In this document: positions 10,875-20,703 of the stretch, piece after piece
Position numbering within the stretch: the stretch's first letter is position 1
How the letters are laid out: each line of letters opens with the position of its first letter
The notes under the pieces: generated by a model
Seen by the model: only the letters and a program-made list of their open reading frames with translations
What the model was told of the DNA's origin: nothing
The model's database searches: none
Origin: Chitinophaga pinensis
GTDB lineage: Bacteria; Bacteroidota; Bacteroidia; NS11-12g; UBA955
Reading direction: 5' to 3'
NCBI GenBank assembly: GCA_945877575.1
Contig: CAMDUE010000002.1
Span: 197,861 to 261,860, forward strand
Length of the DNA stretch: 64,000 nucleotides
Program-made: the position numbers and the translations under genes

Positions 10875-11824
10875 TCAGTCAAGTTATTTTAGTTGTATTA
10901 TCAATTTTATTGTTTGAGATTTACTTTAAAATAGCAAATCATTATAACATAATTGACAAACCCAACCAACGAAGCAGTCATACCGTTCTGACCATTCGTG
11001 GTGCAGGATTGGTTTTTCCCTTCATCATTTTTGCTACTTTGTTTTTTAATATTTTTACGAAAAATGACGGCTTAAATCTAATAAAGGAACCCATTCAGTT
11101 TTGGATTGCTTTGCTGGTTTTATCGGCAATTAGTTTTTATGATGATGTAAAATCACTCTCCCCAAAATTTAGAATTTTGATTCAAATTATTACCATTGCT
11201 TCGGTAGTGTTTTCATCAAATACTGTTATTTGGCAATCGCTATTGGCGCTAATATTGATCATTGGAGTGATTAATGCATACAATTTCATGGACGGCATCA
11301 ATGGCATTACCGCCCTTTATTCTTTGGTGGCTGTAATAACGGCCTTGGTAATGTTAGAGCTTGATTATCAATTAGTAATTGGATCAGAAATTTGGTGGGC
11401 TTTGGGAGCGGCACTAGTTGTCTTCTCCTTTTACAATGTTCGAAAACGCGCGAGATGTTTCTCGGGTGATGTTGGGGCGGTGAGTGTGGCTTTTGTTTTG
11501 TCTTACTGGATTTATGGGTTGGTCATAGCAAATGACAATTTAATTTATGTTTTATTCCTAGGTGTCTATGGTTTGGATTCGGTTGCGACTATAGCATTGC
11601 GTTTATATAGAAAGGAAAACATTTTAGAAGCTCATAGAAGTCATTTGTATCAATTACTGGCCAACGAAAAAGGGTGGTCGCATGTTAAAGTTTCGTCCAT
11701 TTATGCATTGACTCAAGCTGTTATAAATGGTTTGATTTTATACAATTCATTTCTAGCAGTAGTATTTTTTGTCCTTTTATCTGTTGGTTATATCTTATTA
11801 AGATTCAAATGGGCTGAGCAATGA
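10871..11824 (+). CDS. Polyprenol-phosphate N-acetylhexosamine-1-phosphate transferase (GT4 MraY/WecA/WbpL family)
   Basis: DDVKSLSPKFR...NAYNFMDGINGI motifs of the MraY-like family. Polytopic membrane protein. Confidence 0.75.
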   Translation: MISQVILVVLSILLFEIYFKIANHYNIIDKPNQRSSHTVLTIRGAGLVFPFIIFATLFFNIFTKNDGLNLIKEPIQFWIALLVLSAISFYDDVKSLSPKFRILIQIITIASVVFSSNTVIWQSLLALILIIGVINAYNFMDGINGITALYSLVAVITALVMLELDYQLVIGSEIWWALGAALVVFSFYNVRKRARCFSGDVGAVSVAFVLSYWIYGLVIANDNLIYVLFLGVYGLDSVATIALRLYRKENILEAHRSHLYQLLANEKGWSHVKVSSIYALTQAVINGLILYNSFLAVVFFVLLSVGYILLRFKWAEQ

Positions 11825-12690
11825 TAGCATTAACTGGATATAGCGGTTTTCTCGGTCAACACCTTAAAGATTTGGGTAATGGTGCCATTAAGATTGGTCG
11901 TTCTGCAGATGCGGATTGGAAATTCGATCTTGCCTCAGATCTCAATCAAATCCCAAGAAAAAAAGTGACAGACCCGGAAATAGAGTTATTCATTCATGCT
12001 GCGGGGTTGGCACATACGGTTCCTAAAACGGATGAAGAGAAGCAGCGGTTTTTTGAAGTCAATACGAGGGGAACAGAGCGATTGATGGAGGCGCTGAAGG
12101 AGGCGGAGTGGAAGCCAAAGAAGTTTTTATTTATCTCAACCATTGCTGTATATGGGGAGCCATTTGATGAGGATCGTTGTGTGCCGCCTTATCCTTCGGA
12201 AAAAGAGGCGCAAGAGCTTGAATTGTCCCCATATGGCAGGAGCAAATGGGAGGCCGAGCGAATTGTGCAGCGATATTGTGAAAAATGGAATTGCGTGTGC
12301 ATCGTTTGGCGGTTGCCGTTGATTGTGGGTGAGAATGCGCCAGGAAATTTGGGTGCCATGGAAAAGGCCATCCGGAAGGGGTATTATTTCAGAATTGGCA
12401 ACAGTTATGAACGTTTCCGATACTACGTGAATATTGAAGAGCTCGGTCGAAAGGTTCTGGATTTGCTTCAGGAACCATCGGCGGGCCTTGCTGGTTCAAA
12501 GACTTTGAATGTGTTTTCAGGAAGGAAATCCTACGGTGAATTCGAAGATGAAATTGCCGCCACGTACGGACGGAAAATCAAGTCCCTTCCGTTGTGGTTG
12601 GTGCGAATGATTGCGAAAGTTGGAGATTGGATTCCTGGGTTTCCGTTGAATAGTTACAGATTGGACAAATTAGTTAATTCTTCATCTTAA
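11821..12690 (+). CDS. NAD-dependent epimerase/dehydratase family protein (possible WbpV-like 4-reductase)
   Basis: N-terminal Rossmann motif MIALTGYSGFLGQHL. Short-chain SDR-like, 289 aa. Confidence 0.55.
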   Translation: MIALTGYSGFLGQHLKDLGNGAIKIGRSADADWKFDLASDLNQIPRKKVTDPEIELFIHAAGLAHTVPKTDEEKQRFFEVNTRGTERLMEALKEAEWKPKKFLFISTIAVYGEPFDEDRCVPPYPSEKEAQELELSPYGRSKWEAERIVQRYCEKWNCVCIVWRLPLIVGENAPGNLGAMEKAIRKGYYFRIGNSYERFRYYVNIEELGRKVLDLLQEPSAGLAGSKTLNVFSGRKSYGEFEDEIAATYGRKIKSLPLWLVRMIAKVGDWIPGFPLNSYRLDKLVNSSS

Positions 12691-14557
12691 AACTAGATTG
12701 AACCCTTTGGTTGACTTCTTCTTTGGTCTGTTTTAAAACAAAAAGAGAACCCCATACTTCTACTGAGCTGAGTTTGGCAATTAATTTAGGGTCGCATTCA
12801 GTATACATTTGTTGCAGACTCTCTTGGTTCATACCACATGCTTTTTGCCAAAATCCATTTTTGAAAAAGTTTAAATCCACTTTTAGTTCCGCATTGGCGT
12901 GTCCTTGAACGCCAAATCCAAATTTCTTCTTCTTAACTAATTCTTGGGGTAGTAATTGTTCTCCAAAATTACGAACTACTGCCTTATCCATTTTGAATGG
13001 ATGTTTCCAATTGTAAAATGAAGAAGTTTTTCCAATTTTAAATTTAGAAGGTAAATTCAAACCGAACTTCATGACCTCTTCATCTAAAAAGGGGAATCTT
13101 GATTCGATGGAATGCATCATTCCCATCCGGTCGTTGCGCCATAACAGAGAGTGAAGATGTCTGTGAATCATATTGACTGAAAGTTTAGAACAGCGCAATT
13201 CTTCGTCGTTATTTTTCAAAAAATGGTACGCCTTCATTACTTCATTGTCATTGCTTCTTTCTTTATATCCGTTTAAGTGACTTTGCAGTATTTCTTTTTG
13301 CATATCTACGGAATTTATTTTTAGGTAACTTTTCAATCCTGGCACTTTCTTATAAATACCGTTGATTATATCGTACGGCAATTGAATCAGGTTGTCCCAC
13401 CTTTGCGTGAGTAGTTTTGGATATCCTAAAAACAACTCATCTGATCCTTCACCCGTTAAAACTGCCTTCACGTTTTTTTGTCGAGCTAAATCAGCAACCC
13501 CTGAAAACGCCACCGAATTTGTAAAAAGAACGATGGGCGCTTCATAATGCCAAGTACAATCTACTATGTCTTTAATGAAATAATCTGGTAGATACTTGTA
13601 TTCATTAAGGTTCGTTTTCAATGATTTGGACAAGTAACGTGCATCTTTAATTTCGGAGAATTTACCTTCCACGTTCGCAGTAAAAAGTTGTAAATCCCCA
13701 TAATTTTTTGAAGTGGCAGCTACCACCGAAGAGTCAATACCTCCGCTAACAAAAGTTCCCATGGGGGCATCTGAGACAGACATGGAGGATACTGAATTGT
13801 TAAATAAGGCACTGAATTCTTCTGTGATTGCTTGTGAAGTTTTATTGTTTCGAAGATTAAAATCTTTTTCATCAACCCAATCTTCGAGTCCAAACCATTT
13901 AATGATATTATAGTCTAGATTTTGGGTATTTAATTTTAACAAATAACCTGGTTCCAGTTGATGAATTTGTTTGAAAGGCGAAATGTGGCGTTGGGTTTCG
14001 TATATCCCGTAATATGCTTGTGCCAAATAATGCATATTTACGTCATCCAAATTCAAATCTTTACATAGGGATTTGATTTCTGAGGAAAAATAGAAATCGC
14101 CTTGAATCATCCCATAAAATAAAGGCTTAATTCCAACTCTGTCCCGCACTAAAATCAAAGTATGTTCGCTCTTGTCAAACCATGAAAAAGCAAACATTCC
14201 TTTTAAATTTGCTAGTGTTTTCTCAACACCCCATTTTTTCAATCCGAAAAATAAAACTTCCGTATCTGAAGAAGTTTTAAAGTTTACCCCTTCGTTTTTC
14301 AGTTTTTCTTTCAGGTTTTTCCAGTTGTAAATTTCACCATTGAAAACCAAGACAAAACGATCATCGTAAAATGGTTGGTTTGAATTTTCTGTTAAGTCGA
14401 GGAGAGACAGTCGGTTGTGCCCAAATCCTATATTTTCATGTATAAATGTTCCTTTTGAATCGGGTCCTCTATGATTAGTTATTGATAACTTAACGTTCAG
14501 TTCATCAATGGATACCGTTTTATTTTTAGATTTAATAATCCCTAAAATTCCGCACAT
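12674..14557 (-). CDS. asnB: Asparagine synthase (glutamine-hydrolysing) family amidotransferase (AsnB/WbpS-like)
   Basis: N-terminal MCGILGII catalytic Cys2. SGGIDSS PP-loop motif. 627 aa. Confidence 0.85.
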   Translation of the reverse strand: MCGILGIIKSKNKTVSIDELNVKLSITNHRGPDSKGTFIHENIGFGHNRLSLLDLTENSNQPFYDDRFVLVFNGEIYNWKNLKEKLKNEGVNFKTSSDTEVLFFGLKKWGVEKTLANLKGMFAFSWFDKSEHTLILVRDRVGIKPLFYGMIQGDFYFSSEIKSLCKDLNLDDVNMHYLAQAYYGIYETQRHISPFKQIHQLEPGYLLKLNTQNLDYNIIKWFGLEDWVDEKDFNLRNNKTSQAITEEFSALFNNSVSSMSVSDAPMGTFVSGGIDSSVVAATSKNYGDLQLFTANVEGKFSEIKDARYLSKSLKTNLNEYKYLPDYFIKDIVDCTWHYEAPIVLFTNSVAFSGVADLARQKNVKAVLTGEGSDELFLGYPKLLTQRWDNLIQLPYDIINGIYKKVPGLKSYLKINSVDMQKEILQSHLNGYKERSNDNEVMKAYHFLKNNDEELRCSKLSVNMIHRHLHSLLWRNDRMGMMHSIESRFPFLDEEVMKFGLNLPSKFKIGKTSSFYNWKHPFKMDKAVVRNFGEQLLPQELVKKKKFGFGVQGHANAELKVDLNFFKNGFWQKACGMNQESLQQMYTECDPKLIAKLSSVEVWGSLFVLKQTKEEVNQRVQSSFKMKN

Positions 14558-14949
14558 AAATTATAACAAGATGCAAGATAATGTCACATTTTTGATATCC
14601 ATAAATATTAATTGAATGGCGTAATTTCTTTGTGAGTGAATCAATTAAGTATGTCAAGTAAGTATTATCATGAATAACTGCCAAACAGGTTAAATAAAAA
14701 ATTTATCAAGAAAAACGATTGACAATATGAGGTCGCTTCTGGACATAATATAAAACAGTCAATTGTTTCCATAATTATTTTGAATAAAATGTTTGTGACA
14801 TTGGCTTGCTGGTTATTTTCAATTCCCTCAATTTGCCAAAAAGCAGGATTTACAATTTGGTCCAAGTAATTTAGTTGATTCAAAATAAAAAATTGTATCA
14901 TGTTTTGATACTAGTTGAACGTTGAATAGTTACAGGTTGGGTAAGTTGA

Positions 14950-16218
14950 TCAATTCTTGAGGCAACTTATAGGTATTACCCAAATCCCATCGTTGCGCTG
15001 GTAGGCGAATTCGCCGCCGGTGATGATCATTAGAAAAGAGGGTTCCCCCATTTTTTCAGTGTTAATCTTGTCTCGAATCTTTAAAAGATTCTTGGCTGCC
15101 TCTTCTATTTGTTTTTGTCCGAGTTTTACTTCGGCTGCAGCCCATTTGCCATTTCTAAGGCGTATGATTAGGTCGGCTTCTAAGCCAGATTTATCTCTGT
15201 AATGGAGAACATCCCCATCGTTGGCTTGGGCATAGATTCGGATGTCTCTTGTGCAAAGCGATTCAAACAGGAATCCAAACAATTCAAAGTCGTTTAAAAT
15301 ACCGTTGGGATCCGTTCTGAGCGCAGCTACGGCAATTGACGGGTCAACAAAATGGCGTTTATCCGATGTTCGAATGGCTGTTTTTGATCTCAAAGAGGGT
15401 TGCCATGCGGGTAGATCTTCGGTAACAAAAATTCTATTTAGGGCCTCAAGGTAGAGGCTGATTGTTTTCTCCGAGTATTGGCTGTCTTTGGTTTCAAGGT
15501 CTTCCTTAATTGTTTGGTAATTGGTGATTGTGGAGGTATTTCGGGCTAGTGAACGCAACAACAATCGGACCCGCTCAGGATTTTTCGTGATTCCGTCAGC
15601 GGCTGAGATGTCTTGATTTATAATTGACTCTACATAATCAATGGGTGTCTTCAGGGCACTTTTTTTGTTCATGTTAAGACTTCCTGGCCATCCACCCCTG
15701 CAGATGCAAGTTGCAATTTGTTCAATGCTCAAATTAGACAATCCTTCAGGTTCAGAAACGGTATGATTAAAAAGGTCTCTCAACGATATTTGTCCAGTAG
15801 ATTCTTTCGATTCGTACAAACTCATGGGTCTCATTCGGATTCTTGCGAATCTTCCTGTCCCAGTATGGGCGGTTTGATTGTCTGAGGGAGTGGTTGAGCC
15901 GGTGAGCAAGAACTGACCGGGTAAATTTCTTTTATCGATTTCATGCCTTACGGCATCCCACAGAACGGGTGCCATTTGCCATTCATCAATCAATCTTGGG
16001 GTGTCACCTTTGAGTAGGAGTGAAGGTTTTGTATCTGCGAGTGCCAAATATCCGGGCGCATTATCTGGGTCTTGAAGGTAAATAACGCTCTTTGCGGCTT
16101 GTTTTGCGCTGCTTGTTTTTCCACACCACTTAGGCCCTTCAATCAATACAGCACCTGCCCTATTGAGTGCTTCGTGAATTTCTAAATCAGATATACGTTC
16201 TAAATAATTGTTATTCAT
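14950..16218 (-). CDS. AAA family ATPase with DUF4143 domain
   Basis: Walker A GPKWCGKTS. C-terminal DUF4143-like region. GC-rich relative to its neighbours. Confidence 0.65.
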   Translation of the reverse strand: MNNNYLERISDLEIHEALNRAGAVLIEGPKWCGKTSSAKQAAKSVIYLQDPDNAPGYLALADTKPSLLLKGDTPRLIDEWQMAPVLWDAVRHEIDKRNLPGQFLLTGSTTPSDNQTAHTGTGRFARIRMRPMSLYESKESTGQISLRDLFNHTVSEPEGLSNLSIEQIATCICRGGWPGSLNMNKKSALKTPIDYVESIINQDISAADGITKNPERVRLLLRSLARNTSTITNYQTIKEDLETKDSQYSEKTISLYLEALNRIFVTEDLPAWQPSLRSKTAIRTSDKRHFVDPSIAVAALRTDPNGILNDFELFGFLFESLCTRDIRIYAQANDGDVLHYRDKSGLEADLIIRLRNGKWAAAEVKLGQKQIEEAAKNLLKIRDKINTEKMGEPSFLMIITGGEFAYQRNDGIWVIPISCLKN

Positions 16219-16259
16219 AAATATAAGTCCGTTTTATTGTTCAAATATACTAAAAATTA

Positions 16260-16386
16260 CCGAGTTTGGCGCCGTTTTACTTCCGAGTTTGGCACTGTTT
16301 TACTTCCGAGTTTGGCGTTTTTTTAAAATACCCCCTACCAACTACCAGGTACCATCTACCAGGTACTAGGTACCAGGTACCAGGTA
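16260..16386. repeat. 23-bp direct repeats (CCGAGTTTGGCRCYGTTTTACTT, about 2.6 copies) followed by a TACCAGGTA / CTACC hexamer array
   Basis: Directly visible in the divergent intergenic region. The array is the reverse-strand version of the GGTAGN family found elsewhere in the window. Confidence 0.8.
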
Positions 16387-16480
16387 TTATATTTTGCCTA
16401 CTCGAACAAAAACTTTGTGAAGGGAATCGGTTGGTATTGAATTTGGAACGAAATTTGTAGTGATAGTTCGACAATAATTC

Positions 16481-18397
16481 ATGGAGCGACAACTACAGCA
16501 TTTGTTTTTGAAAATTTTAGGGAAAAAGTACCTTCCGGTGTGGGTGATATTGGGCATCGATCTGGTACTTGTGGGTGTGGCCTACGTGTTTTCGCTGTTG
16601 TTGTTGAGCAATTTCAATCTTGATAAAATTTATAATGTAGAGCATCTTCGGGCGTGGGCCTTTTTGGAGCTCTCGTTTGCGGTGTCGTTTGTGGTGTTTA
16701 GGTCGTATGAAGGGGCTTTCCGACATACGGGTGTGAGGGATTTGATGCGTCTGGCGGTGGCCAGCGTGACCGCGTTATCGGCGACCTTCTTTTTGAGTCG
16801 GTCGGCGCATCAGTTTTTGCCGGTCGATTTATCGAAACTGTCTATTGCGTTTTTGATTTTGCACGGATTCGCATTTTTGATGGGGGTTTTGGGATTGAGG
16901 TTGTTCGTTAAGTTGAGTTACAGCCGCTTCGTGTTGAAGTCGGATGCTAAGAAAGATAAGGGTTTGATCATTTATGGTGCTGGTGTTACGGGCATCAGCG
17001 TGCGGAACGCCATCAAGCAAGATCCCAATGCAACTGCAGATGTGGTGGGTTTTGTGGATGATAATCCGAGCGTGGTGGGCAAGCGAATCGATGGCATCAA
17101 GGTGTATTCGGCTGATGAAGTTTTCGAAAAAGACTTCCTCGAGAAAAATAAGGTGACGGGAGTGGTTTGGTCGGTGCAATCGGTATCGAACAACAGTTTT
17201 CATAGGGTCGGTGAGTTGTGTTTGCAGTTCAATTTGAATTTCCAGCGGGTGCCGAACGTCAATGAATGGATTGGCGGGGATTTGAGTGCGAAACAGTTGC
17301 GCACGGTAAAAATCGAAGATTTGCTGAACAGGCACCCCATATCCCTCGATAATAAAAACATCAAGAGTTTCATCAGAGGAAAACGGGTGTTGGTGACGGG
17401 TGCGGCAGGATCTATTGGATCAGAGATTTGCCGACAGGTAATTCATTATGGGCCGGAGTGTTTGGTGATGTTAGACAACGCCGAAACGCCCATGAACGAC
17501 TTGATTTTGGAGTTGGTGAAGAACTATGGAGAATCGAAAATTCTACATCCAATTTTGGGGGATGTGACCCGCGAAAACCGAATTGAGGAAGTATTTGCCA
17601 AGCACCAACCGGAGATTGTGTTCCACGCGGCGGCCTACAAACATGTCCCGTTGATGGAAAACAATGCCAAGGAGGCGGTGAGGGTGAATGTGCGCGGAAC
17701 TCAGGTTCTGGCGGAAGCGAGCGTGCGTCATGGAGTGAAGAAGTTTGTAATGATTTCGACGGATAAAGCGGTGAATCCCACGAATGTGATGGGAGCGACG
17801 AAGCGCACGGCGGAAATCTTGGTTCAGGATATGAATCGAAAGGCAGAGACGGAGTTCATCACCACGCGTTTTGGTAATGTGTTGGGATCGAATGGGTCTG
17901 TAATTCCGTTGTTCCGCAAGCAGATTGAGGCGAGGCAGGATGTTACGGTGACCCACCGAGATATTGTTCGTTATTTCATGACCATTCCGGAGGCAGTTCA
18001 ATTGGTTTTGGAAGCGGGCACCATGGGTAATGGAGGTGAGATATTTGTCTTTGATATGGGTGAACCCGTTCGCATTTACGACCTCGCTGAGAAGATGATT
18101 AAGTTGAGCGGTTTCGAGCCCGGCAAAGATATCCGCATTATAGAAACGGGTTTACGTCCTGGAGAAAAACTCTACGAAGAGCTGTTAAGCTCCGCGGAGA
18201 GCACAGTCCCCACGCATCACCCTAAGATATTGATTGCCAAAGTCAGAGAATACGAATCGGGCGCATTAACCGGCAAATTTGAATCCTTGACGTACGCTTC
18301 TTTAAACGGCGCCACTGACTGGGAGTTGGTTAAGTTGCTGAAAGAATTGGTTCCCGAGTATATCAGTCAGAATTCGGAGTTTGAAAGGTTAGATTGA
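16481..18397 (+). CDS. Polysaccharide biosynthesis protein CapD/WbpM (membrane-anchored UDP-GlcNAc 4,6-dehydratase)
   Basis: N-terminal TM helices followed by two Rossmann domains: VLVTGAAGSIGSEI and YGAGVTGIS. 638 aa. Confidence 0.85.
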   Translation: MERQLQHLFLKILGKKYLPVWVILGIDLVLVGVAYVFSLLLLSNFNLDKIYNVEHLRAWAFLELSFAVSFVVFRSYEGAFRHTGVRDLMRLAVASVTALSATFFLSRSAHQFLPVDLSKLSIAFLILHGFAFLMGVLGLRLFVKLSYSRFVLKSDAKKDKGLIIYGAGVTGISVRNAIKQDPNATADVVGFVDDNPSVVGKRIDGIKVYSADEVFEKDFLEKNKVTGVVWSVQSVSNNSFHRVGELCLQFNLNFQRVPNVNEWIGGDLSAKQLRTVKIEDLLNRHPISLDNKNIKSFIRGKRVLVTGAAGSIGSEICRQVIHYGPECLVMLDNAETPMNDLILELVKNYGESKILHPILGDVTRENRIEEVFAKHQPEIVFHAAAYKHVPLMENNAKEAVRVNVRGTQVLAEASVRHGVKKFVMISTDKAVNPTNVMGATKRTAEILVQDMNRKAETEFITTRFGNVLGSNGSVIPLFRKQIEARQDVTVTHRDIVRYFMTIPEAVQLVLEAGTMGNGGEIFVFDMGEPVRIYDLAEKMIKLSGFEPGKDIRIIETGLRPGEKLYEELLSSAESTVPTHHPKILIAKVREYESGALTGKFESLTYASLNGATDWELVKLLKELVPEYISQNSEFERLD

Positions 18398-18421
18398 ACG
18401 ATTATTTAGAGTCACTTACAA

Positions 18422-19810
18422 ATGCATATTATTTATTATTATATCAGATCAAACAAGTACTATATAATTTATTTTTTAATCAGAGTCATATCAATTTTTT
18501 TTCTTTTTAATTTAGCTCCTGATATTTCTCGACAGCTGAATGTTACAATGGTTCTTAAGAATCACGGAGCATATGGTTTAAAAATGTTAAACATTATTAC
18601 AAAAACATATGAAATTTCGCCATATTATTCTCACCCCCCATTTTTATCTTTAATAATTTATTTAATCGATTTTTTATTTAATAATATTATCTATTCTACG
18701 GTTTTTTTGGGAATAATATTGGCTGCAATAGAAACACAAATGGTCGGAAAAATTTTAAAGAAATTCGTATATGTTGATAATCAATTTATAATAGTGTTTT
18801 TATTATGCTCACTTTATATAGGTCATATTGACAGGGGTACTATATCTGATTATTTTTCAATTGTTCTTGGATTGTTTCTTTTCTGGCAAATATTGAAATT
18901 GATTGACAAAGAAACCATAAATTTTTTAAATACAGTTATTGTAATACTATTAGTACCTTGTTCGAAATATAGTCTATTTCCGGTTGTAATTTCATTTACT
19001 TTAATATATTTTTTTATAAAAATCCGACGCAAACAGTTATTCCAATTTGAAAGTTTTATTGTAGGATTATCATCTTTATTTTCACTGTTGATACTTATAT
19101 ACTTAAAAGCCAAAGGTGTCAATAATGTATTAAATGAAGATAACCAATTATTTCTGGATTTATACAACATCTCTAAAGTGGATTATTTTTGGTTTCATTT
19201 TGGTTTGGAAATTGATAGATTTTATAAACATTTAATGTGGTTTTCAGAAAAAAAATTAGATGTTAAAATATGGTACTGGTATTTTGGTCAAATTTTTGGT
19301 GTAATCACTGTTGCAATCGTTGTTTCGAAATCTAAAAAATTTATTTCTGAGAATAAGGTTCTTTTGTATAGTCTGATAGTTTTTTCTATTTTCCAATATA
19401 TCTTTTTATTTCTCCTTCAAATTACAACACCTCCCCAAGAAGGTGTTCATTATGGGGTTGATAATTTATGTTGGGTGTTTTCTGAAGAAGCTCGCTATTA
19501 TAACTATTTATCACTGCTTTGGTTTATTGTACTTGTTATAGGTTTACTTGGTTTTAAAAATAATTTTTATCTAGGAATATTAGTTCTATTAATAACTTTT
19601 GGTTATGCTAAAACAACGTATGCAAGATCAAATGGATTTAGTGAAATTAAATTTATACGATTGAGTAAACAATTTAATTATGCAAATAATATTTTAAATC
19701 CTACAAAGAAAGGTTGTTCAGCTTCTGAAGTTAATTGGCCCGATAAAATAGATAAGGAAATTCTATTAATATTTGGTGTAAAAAAAGTTAACATTAAAGT
19801 TAATCATTAG
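18422..19810 (+). CDS. Polytopic membrane protein of unknown function (possible GtrC/ArnT/Wzy-like)
   Basis: Very AT-rich ORF with more than 10 predicted hydrophobic helices. Start codon uncertain. Confidence 0.4.
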   Translation: MHIIYYYIRSNKYYIIYFLIRVISIFFLFNLAPDISRQLNVTMVLKNHGAYGLKMLNIITKTYEISPYYSHPPFLSLIIYLIDFLFNNIIYSTVFLGIILAAIETQMVGKILKKFVYVDNQFIIVFLLCSLYIGHIDRGTISDYFSIVLGLFLFWQILKLIDKETINFLNTVIVILLVPCSKYSLFPVVISFTLIYFFIKIRRKQLFQFESFIVGLSSLFSLLILIYLKAKGVNNVLNEDNQLFLDLYNISKVDYFWFHFGLEIDRFYKHLMWFSEKKLDVKIWYWYFGQIFGVITVAIVVSKSKKFISENKVLLYSLIVFSIFQYIFLFLLQITTPPQEGVHYGVDNLCWVFSEEARYYNYLSLLWFIVLVIGLLGFKNNFYLGILVLLITFGYAKTTYARSNGFSEIKFIRLSKQFNYANNILNPTKKGCSASEVNWPDKIDKEILLIFGVKKVNIKVNH

Positions 19811-19872
19811 TGATTTAGCGGTTTAACATCCAAACCTTTAAAAACAAATACTTTTATTAAAGATCATACATT

Positions 19873-20703
19873 ATGTCAAAAGATTTCCTGTTTAGCATTG
19901 ATCTTGAAGATCCAAGAGAAAATATTTGGAATAAGGACAGATACGAGGATCGTGTCAATCTAAATGTAATGAAATTATTGGATTGGTTAGAGAATAATAA
20001 TTCGAAGACTACTTTTTTCGTTGTTGGTAAAATAGCAGAGAGATATCCTGATTTAGTAAAACAAATATTTATAAAAGGACATGAAATAGCTTGCCATTCA
20101 TATTCTCATATTCCAATAAACCATTTAGGTAAAAAAGAATTCGAAAATGATCTTGTGCGCAATATTGAAGCAATAATAAATTGTGGTGTACCGAGTCCCA
20201 TAGGGTTTCGGGCTCCCACATTTTCCTTGATTGAAAGTTCATTCTGGGCATATAATATTCTCCGAAATAATGGTATTAAATATTCTAGTTCTGTACTACC
20301 AGCTAAAAATCCACTTTTTGGAATACCAAATTTCGGGCAACAACCTAAATATATTGATGGAATATTGGAAATTCCTGTCACTATTAGTAATTTCCTCTTC
20401 TATAAACTTCCAATTGCTGGTGGTATTTATTTACGGATTTTGCCCAAGCATATTATTTTGGCTAAAGCGCGTAATTTTCTTAGTACAAATTACCCATTAG
20501 TAAGTTATATACATCCTTACGATATAGACGTTAATCAAAATTATTTTATGCATGAACATATCAATAATCACATTTTAAATTATTTAATGTACTTTAACCG
20601 AAAAAATACTTTATTGAGGTTGGACTCATTTATTGATTTGGATTATAATATAATAACATATGAGAGATTCTTCAGAGATCATTTATCAAAGAATATCAGC
20701 TGA
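19873..20703 (+). CDS. Polysaccharide deacetylase family protein (NodB-like / DUF3473-like)
   Basis: N-terminal FSIDLEDP motif. FVVGKIAERYPDLVKQIFIKGHEIACHSYSH. Confidence 0.6.
   Translation: MSKDFLFSIDLEDPRENIWNKDRYEDRVNLNVMKLLDWLENNNSKTTFFVVGKIAERYPDLVKQIFIKGHEIACHSYSHIPINHLGKKEFENDLVRNIEAIINCGVPSPIGFRAPTFSLIESSFWAYNILRNNGIKYSSSVLPAKNPLFGIPNFGQQPKYIDGILEIPVTISNFLFYKLPIAGGIYLRILPKHIILAKARNFLSTNYPLVSYIHPYDIDVNQNYFMHEHINNHILNYLMYFNRKNTLLRLDSFIDLDYNIITYERFFRDHLSKNIS

Noticed and set aside
12674-12690. 17-bp overlap of convergent epimerase and asnB 3' ends, read as a possible misassembly
   Set aside because: Short convergent overlaps are common. Both ORFs have intact, family-typical termini.
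16266-16492. Two small ORFs (64 and 71 aa) across the asnB/wbpM intergenic repeats
   Set aside because: They are products of the repeat arrays on both strands and have no coding signal.
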